A stretch of DNA of 64,000 nucleotides from Octopus sinensis (GCF_006345805.1 NC_043009.1:18042001-18106000), one strand, 5' to 3'. Counted from the stretch's first letter, positions 50,830-63,991 are shown. Notes: a model not told the origin generated them from the letters alone. Made by a program: numbers and translations.

Positions 50830-51350
50830 AATTTGTATCTGTGATAAGCTGTTCAGCCCCATCAAGGAGTTCACCCTGCCCTCTAATTGTTCTACATGGC
50901 AGAATTAACACTAAGGAGTATCTGTGCACTTTGGATGAGTATGCCCATCCTATGGTACAAACATTGTTTCCTGCTGGTGGTGCAATATTCCGGGGCGACA
51001 ATGCACAGATTCACGCGGTTAATATCATTCAAAATTAGTACACAAGCACAAAAAACAAAGTAGACCATTAGCATTAACTTCCGCAATCATCAAATCTCAA
51101 TTAATGATGCATTTTGGAACAGCGAATGAAGAGCAGTCCCCACCCCCGCCCTAATCATCGTCGCTGAAAAGAGGTAGAAAAATGTTTTTTTACTTGAAGA
51201 ATGGCTCAAAATCTCTCTGAGAACCGTTAAGAACTTGCACCAGTTGATTCCTTGACGTATTAAAGCTGTAATTGATGACAAAGGTGGAATAACTTTGTTA
51301 AATAATAAGTTCCATTTAACAACGTGTTTCTATTAGTTGTCCGATTTCTG
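50830..51350 (+). mobile_element. Tc1-type transposase C-terminal remnant
   Basis: LHGRINTKEYLCTL...AIFRGDNAQIHAV...PQSSNLN...IP*RIKAVIDDKGG. Confidence 0.78.
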
Positions 51351-51668
51351 AATGTGTATCTGTGTGTATGTGCATGTGTATTTGTATATATATAGGTGAG
51401 TCTATGAATCTGTATGTATGCATTAAGCTACGTACACACAGCCACGCTTACGCCTGCACACACACTCACACGTACACGTACACATACACACAAACACGCA
51501 CATCCATACACACACACACACACACACATATATATATTATTCATATATAAACTGATTTCACACATTCAAGTAACACGCATCAAATCACATAACATACGTA
51601 CGCGCATACATACATATGCACAGACCCAATTGCATAAATACATATATAAGCACGTAGATATGCATATA

Positions 51669-52500
51669 CAGGGTGTTTGGGTTATACTTGACAGTTTGCA
51701 TAAAAGAATAAAAAATACAAGACCTCATCCCAAAATAAGTATTTTAAAAAAATCAAAACATTTCACCTACGTTGTGACTGGGAGATATCAGCTTATTCAA
51801 AGGAGCCACCCTCAGCTTCCACCACGGCCTCAAGTCGGCTTCCGAACCTAGCGCATACGTTCTTCACTGTGCCCCTGGGAAGATCTTCGAACACCTCCTT
51901 GATCTTGGCCACAAGCCCTTCTTGGTGCTGCAGGCAGAGCGGTTAGCGTTTTTCTCAATCGTGCTTCACAGATACCAATCCATAGGATTATAATCGGGGG
52001 GGATTAGGAGGCCAGAAATTGGAGCTAGAAATTCTCCGAAAACCACTTCTGACTTTCTCTGAAGGTATGGCAAGAAGCCAAATCTTGCTGTCACACATGA
52101 TATTCCGGCAGCAACCCTCTCTACCCAGGGATTGACCATAGTCTCCAGCAGCCTCACATAGCTGAATTGAATCTAAGTCCCTGTTCAAAGTTGTGGGGCA
52201 GCATGACGTCACTCTCACCAGAGACACGAACATCCTTTCCGCAGACCACGGCTTCGTAGCTTCTGTTGCAGCTGTCCATATCACGTCTTACAACCTTCTT
52301 AGTGTTCACAGAGCATTGAGTAGCAGTCATGATGTCGGCATTTTGATACCTGATGCCAATCATCATGATACAGGCAACACTTTTCCAATATTCAGATGGT
52401 TCCCAGTCAACCATGTCAGCTAACTATTTCTCAACTACAGTTTTAATCACTATGCTCTCCAACGCCGTTGACTGTTCACCAATACGTCAAGCTCTTCCTG
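51669..52500 (-). mobile_element. Mariner/maT-like element remnant, related to 1040-1442
   Basis: Terminal TA|CAGGGTG at 51669; minus strand WPPNPPDYNPMDW...KIKEVFEDLPRGTVKNVCARFGSRLEAVVEAEGG. Confidence 0.8.
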
Positions 52501-52595
52501 AATAACGGAGACACAAAACAAACATCAAATTTATCCCGAACATCTTGTACACACAAATATAATAGTCAGACACGCACCACACACACACACGCGCG

Positions 52596-52636
<41 letters not shown>

Positions 52637-53000
52637 TTTCTGATGTACATGAATGTGGCTGAAGCAGGTGCATCCAGCTACAGTCAATCGCATGTCTGCA
52701 CCCAACTACAGATAATCGCATACACACATACACATACATTGACGTATATGTATACTTAGACGCATGCAGATGTAATAATGTCTTGTACACGACACAGGAA
52801 ATACCACACGTTATGTATAAATGTCCGCCCACACACAATCGTACGCATAAGCACACAGACACAGACACAAACACACACACACACACATATATACATAGGT
52901 ATATACAAACATACATATAAATATGCATACATATACATGTATGAACGTATGTACGTATATACATATATATGTATGTATATTCATATGTATATGTACGTAC

Positions 53001-53079
<79 letters not shown>

Positions 53080-54079
53080 CAACTATCTCATATATATATA
53101 TATACAATATATATATATATACATACATACATAAATATATATATATGACAAAAATATTAACAAATTGCAAGAGCATCTCTCTTATTCTCTCTCTCTCTCT
53201 CTCCCTCTTACACAGAAACACACATACACACACACACATACAGCCACCCATATACCCACTCATCTGCTCACTTGCACTTAAATACGCGTATATACATATA
53301 CATATATATGTATGTAAGTATGAATGTATGTATGGACATACACACATACACACCCAAACACAGTTCGTTGCCAAATTTCGAATGTACCTGGTGAACCAAC
53401 CACATGACCGGTATAGAAATAAAGTAAAATAGTAAATGTGTAAATATATAAATTGATTTGTTTGGTCTTGTTTATTTTATTAATTTTCCTTACCATGTAG
53501 GGAAAACATTGGTGTATTGTGAGGGTGGGATGTACGGGACATTACCATAGAGTTACCCTAGTGAGAAAAGAGTGTACGTGTGATAAAATATCTGGGATAT
53601 TATTTTGTACCTCTTTCCTTTTCTTTGTTACTGGACGTATTTCAGTTAATAGTTTGACGTCAAACTTCTTGGTTGTCATCAACTTTTCTTAATGCTGTGA
53701 ACATTCAAAGTGTTACCTGGATATGGTTTTCCTTTTTTTGCTTTTAAAGGCTTAGTCAGAGGAAGAAGGACATTGTTCATGAGCGTTTCTTGGGCCCCTA
53801 GGACCTGTGGGAACGATTTATCGTTAGACCGATAACCTGGTCTGAATACTTATAACAGAATAAACTCTGCTTACGTGTGTCGAGTGGTGGTGTTAAACCA
53901 AGGTTGATTAAATTTCGTTTTAAGATGTAAAATAATGTGAAGCATAAATATGAATGAAATGAAGTTAGGTTAGTAACACAGGAAAAAAGAGAGGTAAAAC
54001 ACGTTTCATTAACTGCATCATGAAATAGGATTCAACTACAGATTCCGTTCGACCTCCAGTTGTTGGGCTTAGCATGTTA

Positions 54080-54195
54080 GATTAGATGATGGAACTTCTT
54101 AATTATTCACCGCATTTATGAGACCCAAATGCAGACAATGTTCATGCACAGACTATTGAAGGGCATTGGATGCTGGCAAAGAAAAACGTGCAATG
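54080..54195 (+). mobile_element. Merlin (IS1595/ISXO2-like) transposase remnant
   Basis: LNYSPHL*DPNADNVHAQTIEGHWMLAKK resembles the Merlin VNHSxxFVDPxxxxHTxxIExxWxxxK motif. Confidence 0.55.
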
Positions 54196-55246
54196 AGAAT
54201 GTGGGCGAGCAGTCAGGATGTGAACGAGCAATCTTTTCACATACGAACTGCATGAACACATGAGATCGCATTTCAACGAACCTAACCTGTTCAAATCAAT
54301 TAAAATTTATGTATCTATCATATTACTTTCGGTTATCGATCCTTCCATTTCCTCTCTGTTTTATTGTCGTCACTTTCGCTCCGCTCATTTCCATTAATTT
54401 CGCATTAACTTTCACTGTTTTTTTATTCATAAACTAAAATTTAACCCTAAGTTTAAGACTCTTGGGGTTAGGGTTAGGATTAGGGTCTACCGCTCAAGGG
54501 TTGAGCCTACAATTTAAAGTTTCGATGTCTGTCACCCAAAGAGGAATTAAATTGTAATAGTATTCAGGTACATATCCTTTCGAAAAGGCGACAGTTACGT
54601 ACTAACAACGCAAGCTGTCTCGTCCTGCCAAGAATCGAATCCTGTCATTGATAAGTAATTCTGGGGGTTATTGTATGCCGTTGGCGCCTTTCCCCAGTTC
54701 TTTGAACGTCGTAAGTGGTTTCTCAGATCAAAAGTAATCTCATCGATTTTTCCATGGACAATAGGCAGTTTTATTGTTAAAGTCGTTGTTGCGGTTGCTA
54801 ACCTTTAGTCATCAACCCTCATCAAACGGATAGAACTAGGATGGAAGGCTTTCTAGTCATGAATGTCTGGTCCTTTTAGGGATGTATGTCATTTTTTCCC
54901 GTTAAGACGGTATTGTGTAATTCGTGGCATACTTGGTCGATATTTCTTGTGGTATCGAGTTGGATCGAAATCATTTTATATATATATTTCTAACTGGGTG
55001 CACATCAATGCTGCAATCATCTATCTTCCAAACAAGAGAAACTCATTAAATAAATGCAAACAGTTTAATATAATACTAGAAAAATTTCCAGAGATAGAAT
55101 CTAATCACACACACACACACACACACACGCACGCACGCACGCACACACACACACACACACACACATATTTGTATATATGTATGTATGTATGTATGGTATG
55201 TATGTATGTATGTATGTATGTATATATATATATATTATATATATAT

Positions 55247-55292
<46 letters not shown>

Positions 55293-55472
55293 AATATTAG
55301 GGAGTATGTAGTGTTTTTATTTATATTATATTTATCATTCTTTTTATACCTTTTGAAAATATATATATATATATTATATATTATATTAATTATATTTATA
55401 TCATTTGTTTTTTATGTATTGGTTTATGCCTATCACTGTTTGAGTTGCTTAATAGTGGTTTTAACTCTATTC

Positions 55473-55530
<58 letters not shown>

Positions 55531-55646
55531 TATATAAATTCATAATTAATCAATATAGGGTAGCAAAAAATTCAGCAGAAATTATTTTGCTACCAGCGAT
55601 CTAGTGAGAAAAAAGGAAATAGTCAGAGACTATTTATAAATTCAAC

Positions 55647-55839
55647 AGCAAAATTTAGGAACGGCCATAATAGGCCGTTCAACCCACTAGAAATAACAGC
55701 CAAAGCTTCAACCGCAAAATAGTAGTAATTCCGTTTTAATTTTCTCCTGATTTACGTAATTACTACTATTTTGCGGTTGAAGCTTTGGCTGTTATTTCTA
55801 GTGGGTTGAACGGCCTATTATGGCCTTTCCTAAATTTTG

Positions 55840-55841
<2 letters not shown>
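55647..55841. repeat. Foldback palindrome, 84-bp arms, 27-bp spacer
   Basis: 55647-55730 versus 55758-55841, one visible mismatch; followed by (TA)n. Confidence 0.95.
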
Positions 55842-55875
<34 letters not shown>

Positions 55876-55880
55876 GTATA

Positions 55881-56400
55881 TACAAACGAGCCGCGTGGGA
55901 AAAAAATCCTTTGGGTAGGAAATGACGCCATTCTTCCTGCGCATGCATGAAAATTTTTGCGCCGGTAAGCTGTATCAGTTCCCGGCTGTTACGCCTAAGT
56001 ACCGACGTGTAGTGCGCGCTCGTTAGATTTTCGTTTTCATGCAAGATGATCGAACCCATCGAGTAGAGATGTTGCATCGTCAAAAGCTTGGAGATACTCA
56101 AGTTCAAACCAGCCAGAAGATTCAGCAGGCCTTTAACGATGACGCCATGGGCAAAACTCAGATCAAGGAGTGGTACAACCGCTTCAAACATTAGTGGCAC
56201 CTTAATGGAGAGCGAAACATGCTCAGGCAGACTATCCACAAGCCGAAACGAGGAGCCGATTGAGAAGGCTCGGCAAACAATCATGGAAGCCTGTTGCGTT
56301 AGAATCCAGGAAATTGCTCACGAAGTGGAGGATAAATTCAGGATCAGTTCGATTCACTTTTACGGAGGATGTGTGCATGCGAAGGGTGTCGGCGAAATTC
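55881..56400 (+). mobile_element. Mariner 5' half (N-terminal HTH region), interrupted by a SINE-B
   Basis: KLGDTQVQTSQKIQQAFNDDAMGKTQIKEWYNRFK...SGRLSTSRNEE...VSAKF. Confidence 0.82.
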
Positions 56401-56414
56401 TTAACCAAGGGGCT

Positions 56415-56627
56415 GGTGGGGAGATGGCAGAATTGTTAACACGCCGGGCCAAACGCCTAACGACAGTGCGTCCGTCTTTATGTTGTGAGTTCAAATTCCG
56501 CCGAGGTGGAGATTGCCTTTCATCCTTCTGGGGTCGATAAAATTAATATCAGTTGAGCAGTGGGGTCGATGTAAAATAGACTTATTCCCTCACCCGAAAT
56601 TGCTAGCCTCGGCCCAAAATTTGAAAT
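56415..56627 (+). mobile_element. SINE family B
   Basis: ggtggggagatggcagaattgttaacacgccggg...gagttcaaattccgccgagg...ggggtcgatgtaa. Confidence 0.85.
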
Positions 56628-56799
56628 TATTTTATAATCATGGACAATCTTAAAGAACAGTGAAGCAATGCCCTTCGATCACTGAACAGATCGGCAAAGC
56701 TGTGTCGATCACTAAACGAAGTTTCTATTCTCCATATAGGTTTTGAATTTAAATAACATGAATCAAATTTAGCTTCCATTGTTTTAATCCATTCTTCTA

Positions 56800-57000
56800 T
56801 AGCCACAAGGCCTGAAATTTGGGGGCAATGGGGTAGTCGATTACATCGACACCAGTGCTCAACTGGTACTTACTTCATCGGACCCAAGAGAATGAAAGGC
56901 AAAGTCGATCTCGGCCAAAGTTGAGCTTAGGATGCAAAGATGGACGAAATGTCGCCAAGTAGTTCGCCCGACGTGTCACCGATTCTGCCAACTCGTTGCC
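56800..57000 (-). mobile_element. SINE family B
   Basis: gtcgattacatcgac...gaaaggcaaagtcgatctcggc...gattctgccaactcg. Confidence 0.82.
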
Positions 57001-57598
57001 TTTCATATCTTTGTATTGATAAAGCAAATACAAGTAATGCAGTGTGATCAATGCACTCGAGTGTACTCCTCTTCCTGCATGTGAGTGGTTTAACACTAAA
57101 GACCATAAACCACGATTAAAGAAGCCTCTACGTATCACTCAGCGTGCTAGAAATAGTAGCCAAATCGCTATCAAATAATACACTTCTAATTTAGAACGCT
57201 GTACAATATAGTCCACGGTACACTACGCCTGAAAAAAAAAAACAGGGATGGCCATGGATGGAGCACGTTTGATGATAGATAAGGCCGACTTGGAGTGAAA
57301 CAAAAACAAACTAAATAAATTCCTGAACCACTTTCAACCTCATTAAAATATTTCCAAACATTAGGTTCACATGTCCACCTGTGGTTAATACGAGCTGATT
57401 GTTTATTTCGTGTGAAAATATCGCACGAATTATTAAACAAAGATCTCATGATCTAATCCTATCAACAGCTGCGGTTAATGTTTGGTTATCAAGATGTCAA
57501 TCCTGCAGCGCTATCTTCGTGAACCTGTGCCTTCCATGCTGACATATAGCAAACCTGTGTTTACGTGTATGTTGTCGTTTGTGCATGTGTGTGTATGA

Positions 57599-57656
<58 letters not shown>

Positions 57657-57753
57657 GAAGGACGGTGCGTTTGAAAAATAAAGACGGAATGATACATAAG
57701 GAGAAACACGAGCGAGCGTGCGCGCGGACACATACACACACACAAACATACAC

Positions 57754-57824
<71 letters not shown>

Positions 57825-58164
57825 CAGACAGAGTGAGAGAAAGAGAGGATACATGCAAACACAGAAAACCCCCGTTAGTGAATGACAAAAATACAGAGAA
57901 AGATGGGACAATATACATAAATAAAAAAAGGTGGAAAGAGAGAGAGAGAGAGAGACAGAGAGAGAGAGACAGAGAGAGAGAGACAGAGAGAGAGAGAGAG
58001 TGAAGTAGGAGTAGAGGAGAGATTCGAGCGCTTTATAGAACAGGTCTTGTTGCTTCATTAAGAGGGAGAAGGAGAGAGGAAAAGAGAGAAATTAGTTTGT
58101 TTGGAGATGTTTAAATGATAAACATAGCAGCTCGGAACTATTTGGGAATTGGCCAATATTTCGG

Positions 58165-58231
<67 letters not shown>

Positions 58232-58570
58232 ACCTCTCTCTCCTTAGAGTATCTGTCTGCCTGACTCTCACACCGATACTCCGTTAATTCTAGGACGTTC
58301 ACCGAACTGTTTGTCGCATAAGTGAATGTTGAAGAACATAAGCTTAGACGAGCATTCGATAAGCGTGGAATCCACAGAACGGTTTCAATATCATCTTGAA
58401 ATGATTCCTCTTCAACTCACACAAGAAGGTCGCTCGAGAATAGACTGACAATAAATGCATAATTTCAATAACTCCGCACACACACAAATGCCTCAAAATA
58501 CCATAGCCTTACGACATTGACATATCACACAACTGAAAGGCTTTCTGTTGTGGAAATTAATTCTATATAT

Positions 58571-58796
58571 ATTTCTTTACTAGCCACTAGGGACTTAACA
58601 TAGAGGGGACAAACAAGGACAGACAAAGAGATTAAGTTGATTACATCGATCCCAGTGCGAAACTGGTACTTTATTTATCGACCCCGAAAGGATGAAAGGC
58701 AAAGTCGACCTCGGCGGAATTTGAACTCAGAACGTAGCGGCAGACGAAATACCACTAAGCATTTCGCCCGGCCTGCTAACGTTTCTGCCAGCTCGC
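58571..58796 (-). mobile_element. SINE family B, young copy
   Basis: gaaaggcaaagtcgacctcggcggaatttgaactcagaacgtagcggcagacgaaatacc...tctgccagctcgc. Confidence 0.9.
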
Positions 58797-59439
58797 AGAA
58801 TATATAGTTGTACGAAGCCGATGCCTGATGTTCGAGACTGTCAAGCATTCAAGCTTTTCGATTTCGTGTTCAGTATCCAGTATCTCACTGTTCTAGATCA
58901 AATTTCATCTCTTTCTTCTTTTCAGGAATAGGCACAAGTACCAGCAATATACTGAGGTTGTCATTATCGACTATGTCCCTTCTTTCTGGTTCCCCAAAAG
59001 CTGTCATTACGCATGAAAGAGTTCTTTCTGAGTAATGTAAACTCTTAATGGTGCAGGAACCAAAAAAGTGAACAGTTGGAGCCTTTTGTACAGAGCGTAA
59101 CGTTTACATTTGGAAACGGACTGGTGCTTCTTTTGTCAAGAAATAAGACAGACAAATGAATAGTAAAGATTAAAAAAGCGCTTCAAAATGCCGCGCCATA
59201 TTATTATAATGCATTAAGGAACAGCGGATTCTAGGAGAAGATCCGGTATAGTCAAAGCACTATTAGCAATAATAGAATCCGAGAAACTAGAACAAGGAAA
59301 GTTTTATGGTTTAATCCGGCATTTAACATTGCAGTAAAAACTAATATAGGTACAGAATTCTTGAAACTAGTTTCTAGGCACTTCCAAGAAAACCCATAAG
59401 TTCTTTAGAATTTCTAATAGAAGTACTCTGATCGTAAAA

Positions 59440-59686
59440 ACAGACGAAATACCTATTTCTATACTACCCACAAGGGGCTAAACACAGAGAGAACAAACAA
59501 GGACAGACAAACGGATTAAGTCGATTATATCGACCCCAGTGCATTACTGGTACTTATTTAATCGACCCCAAAAGGATGAAAGGCAAAGTCGACCTCGGCG
59601 GAACTTGAGCTCAGAACGCAGCGGCAGACGAAATACCGCTAAGCATTTCGCCCGGCGTGCTAACGATTCTGCCAGCTCGCCGCATA
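59440..59686 (-). mobile_element. SINE family B inserted in the PLE ORF
   Basis: Full young copy splitting the PLE coding remnant. Confidence 0.9.
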
Positions 59687-60467
59687 AAGACTAGATTATA
59701 TTCCAATCGAAATTCATTTCATACCCCGAAAATAGGAGAGCAACGAGTCTTGCCGAACATGTCTGGCATTTAAAAGAAAATGATACCCGTCCTTTCAATA
59801 TTAGCTGGACGATCTTGGAGAAAGCTGCACCATATAAGCGTGGAGCATATAGATGCCCTATGAGGTGCAATTTGTGCCTGACCGAAAATCTCTTCATCCT
59901 TTTCCAGGATAAATATGCATTGAACCATTGGCGGGGGCTTTTGGAATCTTTTCTTTTTCATGGGCAGCTCGATTAATTAATTTTCTTTAACTAAACACTT
60001 TGAAACTTCGGACACTGGTAGAATGTGTCATATAGAACATCTTTTACTCTTAGCGTCGTTGAGAAAAGTTTCTATTTACGAAATTATTTCGTGTTAAAGT
60101 TGTATTTCGGTAATTTCAACCAATCAATGACGTGTATTCAGCTGAATAAAATTACTGCTTTTGTTTGTCAACAACAACTTCCGGCAGTGTATATTTCGTT
60201 TGTCACTGTTATTTATGACATATTTCATATCAGTTACGTTCGTATGAATAAACGGGTGTATCTGAAGCACGTTTACTTCATGACACCACCATAATCGTTC
60301 GTGCGTTTCTACTGCTTTTAGTTAGTTTTTTTTTTTGCCTGTTTTTCGGTTATTTCCGGAAAGACTCCATCCCACCCCATTTTCTCGCAAACTATTGCTT
60401 TAAAAATAATTTTTTTTTGCCAAAAACCCAGCTTTTCGGATACGGAGATTCCGGAAAATTGCCAAAA

Positions 60468-60592
60468 ACCCTAACCCTAACCCTAACCCTAAAACCCTAA
60501 CCCTAATCCTAAAACTCTAAACCTAACCCTAACCATAAAACTCTAGCCCTAACCCTAAAACCCTAACCCTAGCCCCAACCCTAAAACCCTAA
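60468..60592. repeat. Interstitial degenerate (CCCTAA)n telomere-like array
   Basis: ccctaa units mixed with aaccctaa, ctctaa and ccctag variants. Confidence 0.9.
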
Positions 60593-61589
60593 TGCTAAAA
60601 TCAGTACAAACGTACGAACGATGTCATCAATAACAGTGACAAACGAAATATACACCACCGATAGTTGTTGACAAACAACAGCAGTAATTTTATTTAGCTG
60701 AATACACGTCATTGATAGCACGAAATAACTTCGAAAATAGAAACTTTTCTCAACAATGCTAAAAGTAAAAGATGTTCTATATGACACGTTCTACCAGTAT
60801 ACGAAGTTTCAAAGTGTTTAGTTAAAGAAAATTTAATTAATTGAGTTGCCCATGAAAAGGAAAAGATCCGGCTTTTGAATTCCTGCAGACATGTTACGAG
60901 ATATGTCGACTGATAAAATACCATACGGATAATAATAATAACTGACTTTCGCATTTGAATTTGGCTTTCCCACCTTAAAGCAGGCGCCTTTTTGGGCCAT
61001 TTGATTGTTTTCTTTACAAGCAATTTAGCCCACAATATACCTCACAATTTTGATTTTATTGTACATCTTAAAGCCCCTTTTACAGTCTCCTAATATGTGT
61101 TGTATAGATATCGCGTATTTACAGTAGGCCAAAATGTGTTTTTAAAGACATCAAGTACCAGAATGGATTAGTTTTATTTTTATTTTATTCTTTATTATAA
61201 TTTTATTATTATTTTTTGATATTTTATTGTTTACTTAATTACTTCCTTTACATTTATTTATCATTTTTATTATCATTGATGGAAATGCGATGGTGATGAC
61301 AGAGTTTTAATGATCTTAGTAAACATTTTTGGCGATTTTCGACAGTCACTGAGTTTTCTCTTTTAAATTTCGACGAGGCCAAAAATTTATGTTATATTAT
61401 AATATTATACTATCAATTTAATTATTTTATTGATTTTTTTTATCAATCCACAATTTGAAGATACACTATTTTAATATTCAATATACAAGACAAACAGTTT
61501 TTAATATATTCGTGTGCGTTTGTTTACGTATATGTATGTATGTATGTAGTATGTATGTATGTATGTATGTATGTATGTAGGTATGTATG

Positions 61590-61640
<51 letters not shown>

Positions 61641-61812
61641 AAAATAAATCAAAAACAGAACACAAAGGATATCGCGGTACACGTGTTTCAAGCTTTATAA
61701 ACGACCTGTTCTTACATAAGTGTATAATCGATATAAAAGATAGTTTAAAGCTCTCTTCAGCCGCATACATTGTTAGTCCAAAGAGTTGCATCACGCTATA
61801 AAAAATATGAAA

Positions 61813-62141
61813 AGTACATGTAGTATTACCCATTATAATAAGTATATCATATCTCCTTGAGAAAGTGTATTTGTAAAATTTCCTAACTGTATAAATGTAT
61901 AAAGATTCATTGGATTTCGAAAATCTACCCATACTGTATCACCAGTCAACATAGAGTGAATGTTAAATAGATTCTAGTTAAATGTATTTAACATTCACTC
62001 TATGTTGACTGGTGATACAGTATCGGCAGATTTTCGCGATCCAGTGAACCTTTATACATTTATGCAGTTAGGAAATTTTACAAATACACTTTCTGAAGGA
62101 GATATGATATACCTATTATAATGGGTAATACTACATGTACT
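61813..62141. repeat. Foldback palindrome, 157-bp arms, 15-bp spacer
   Basis: 61813-61969 versus 61985-62141, roughly 90 percent identical by eye. Confidence 0.93.
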
Positions 62142-62260
62142 ACATGTACTACCGAATAATTGTCACATATAACATTTACAGATAAATCTCTATTTACATA
62201 ATATCGAGGTCTCGTTCATTCTTTTGTTGTCTTACCATTTTTATCAACTATATATATATA

Positions 62261-62310
<50 letters not shown>

Positions 62311-62399
62311 GTAGATGATGTATGTATGTATGTATGTATGTATGTATGTATGTATATACATACATTTATGCTTAACTGTATATTTGTATGCGTGTTTAC

Positions 62400-62545
62400 A
62401 TGGGTCGGCGAAATTCGTAACCAAGGTGCTGGTGGCGAGATGGCAGAATTGTTAACACGCCGGGCAAAATGCGTAACGACATTGCGTCCGTCTTTATGTT
62501 CTGAGTTCAAATTCCGCCGAGGTGGAGATTGCCTTTCATCCATTT
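62400..62545 (+). mobile_element. Duplicated mariner/SINE-B junction fragment
   Basis: gtcggcgaaattcgtaaccaaggtgctggtggcgagatggcagaattgttaacacgccggg matches 56385-56525. Confidence 0.8.
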
Positions 62546-62907
62546 TTGAAATTTTGACTTTTGATTTAAGATTTTCTTCGATTTCAGATAATATGATTTT
62601 ATACCTATCATCATTGATTAGAAAAAAAAACATTATTTGAAAGGACCAATGAAAAAAAAAAAATTCAAATGTGTATCTGTCAATATAAGTTGTATAGAAT
62701 AAAAAGTTTTGAATGGTACAACAATGCACTATAATGCAGACAATGGGCTATGTTCCTGTTGTAATTTTGTCGTCCATAGTCTGATATGATATTTCGGAAT
62801 AATATTCCTTCTTCAGATTTTTTTAGATAGAGTCGCTGCTATAATCGTTTTCTCACTGCTCTTATACTTTATATATACAAACTTTATTTTTACTCCATTC
62901 TCAATCT

Positions 62908-62951
62908 AAACTGTCTGACGAGCGCGAAATTGAAACACCGAGTAGCAGTTT
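62908..62951 (+). ncRNA. Possible degenerate hammerhead in a PLE-like terminal segment
   Basis: AAACUGU-CUGACGA-gcgcgaaauu-GAAAC-accga-GUA/GCAGUUU: 7-bp stem I, but stem II is poor. Confidence 0.4.
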
Positions 62952-63943
62952 TCGTGGCCTTTTTGTGATGTTTTTTGCAGCTTTAATAAAAAATAATGCA
63001 TATTACTCTGCCTCCGGTATTCGAGTACTATTTTTCCCACCTTGTTTCACATTTATGTGTTTACTTTTGTATGTATGTATGTATGTATGTATGTATGTAT
63101 GTATGTAGGTATGTATGTAGTATGTATAGTATGTATGTATGTATGTATATAATATATATATATATATATCATATATATATATTATATATATATTATATAT
63201 AATATATATAACAAGAGCGATAACGAGCCAACAGCAAGCCCCTCTGTGATCGTGGGATCAGCCAGCAATAGTAACCAAATAATTCACAAATGATGCTCTG
63301 TTGTCTTAACAAGCATGGCCACAGATTACGGACTAAAACAAGTAAAAGATAAGAGTGCATTGCACAATGAAGTGCTGGACAGACAAAGAAGAATGAATTG
63401 ATCATAGCTAGAACACTTTTGATCATTAGTTTGCTCAATCATGGTCAACAGCAATAGTCATAGCAAAGTGGTGGTTTGCTTTCCTCTGTGCAGTGCTAGA
63501 TAGAACTTAAACAACTATGTACATCAAAAATACTGGAAAATGCGATGTTTAGGTATAAATTGCTATCTACTTGATAAATATCAATATGGTAACGAGGTAC
63601 AGGTGAGCACGGCACGATCAGTCTAAAGAAGCCTTAATAAAGAAAATAAACCAAAGAGAAGCAGAAATCCACAGACATGAGATAAGAATAATCATGTCTT
63701 TTCTGTTAGTTCGTGACTGTTGATTCGTTCTTGTACTCTAGAACATGAAAGGTACTCGATGCAGGAATATGCCTTGCAGAACAATTTCTCTCCATAGTCT
63801 TTTTGTTTAAAACGCATCAATTTCAGCTATAGAAAGAAATTTTTCTCCAGGGCAAAATTCTGCAACAAATGCCTTTCACGTTCTAGTGGCTGAAATAAAT
63901 GTACATATCTTTATTTTGATTCTCACTGCTTTCTGGCTGAAAC

Positions 63944-63991
<48 letters not shown>

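Larger units (their letters stand above)
59160..60905 (+). mobile_element. PLE remnant (post-RT region plus GIY-YIG tail) with inverted 3' repeat, arms about 59945-60245 and 60603-60870; interrupted by a SINE-B
   Basis: RTRKVLWFNPAFNIAVKTNIGTEFLKLVSRHF and SLAEHVWHLKE...WTILEKAAPYKRG...CNLCLTENLFIL; the inverted arms also give mirrored ORFs 60025-60294 and 60581-60787. Confidence 0.85.

Noticed and set aside
60468-60592. True chromosome end
   Set aside because: The array is short, degenerate and internal, with ordinary sequence on both sides.
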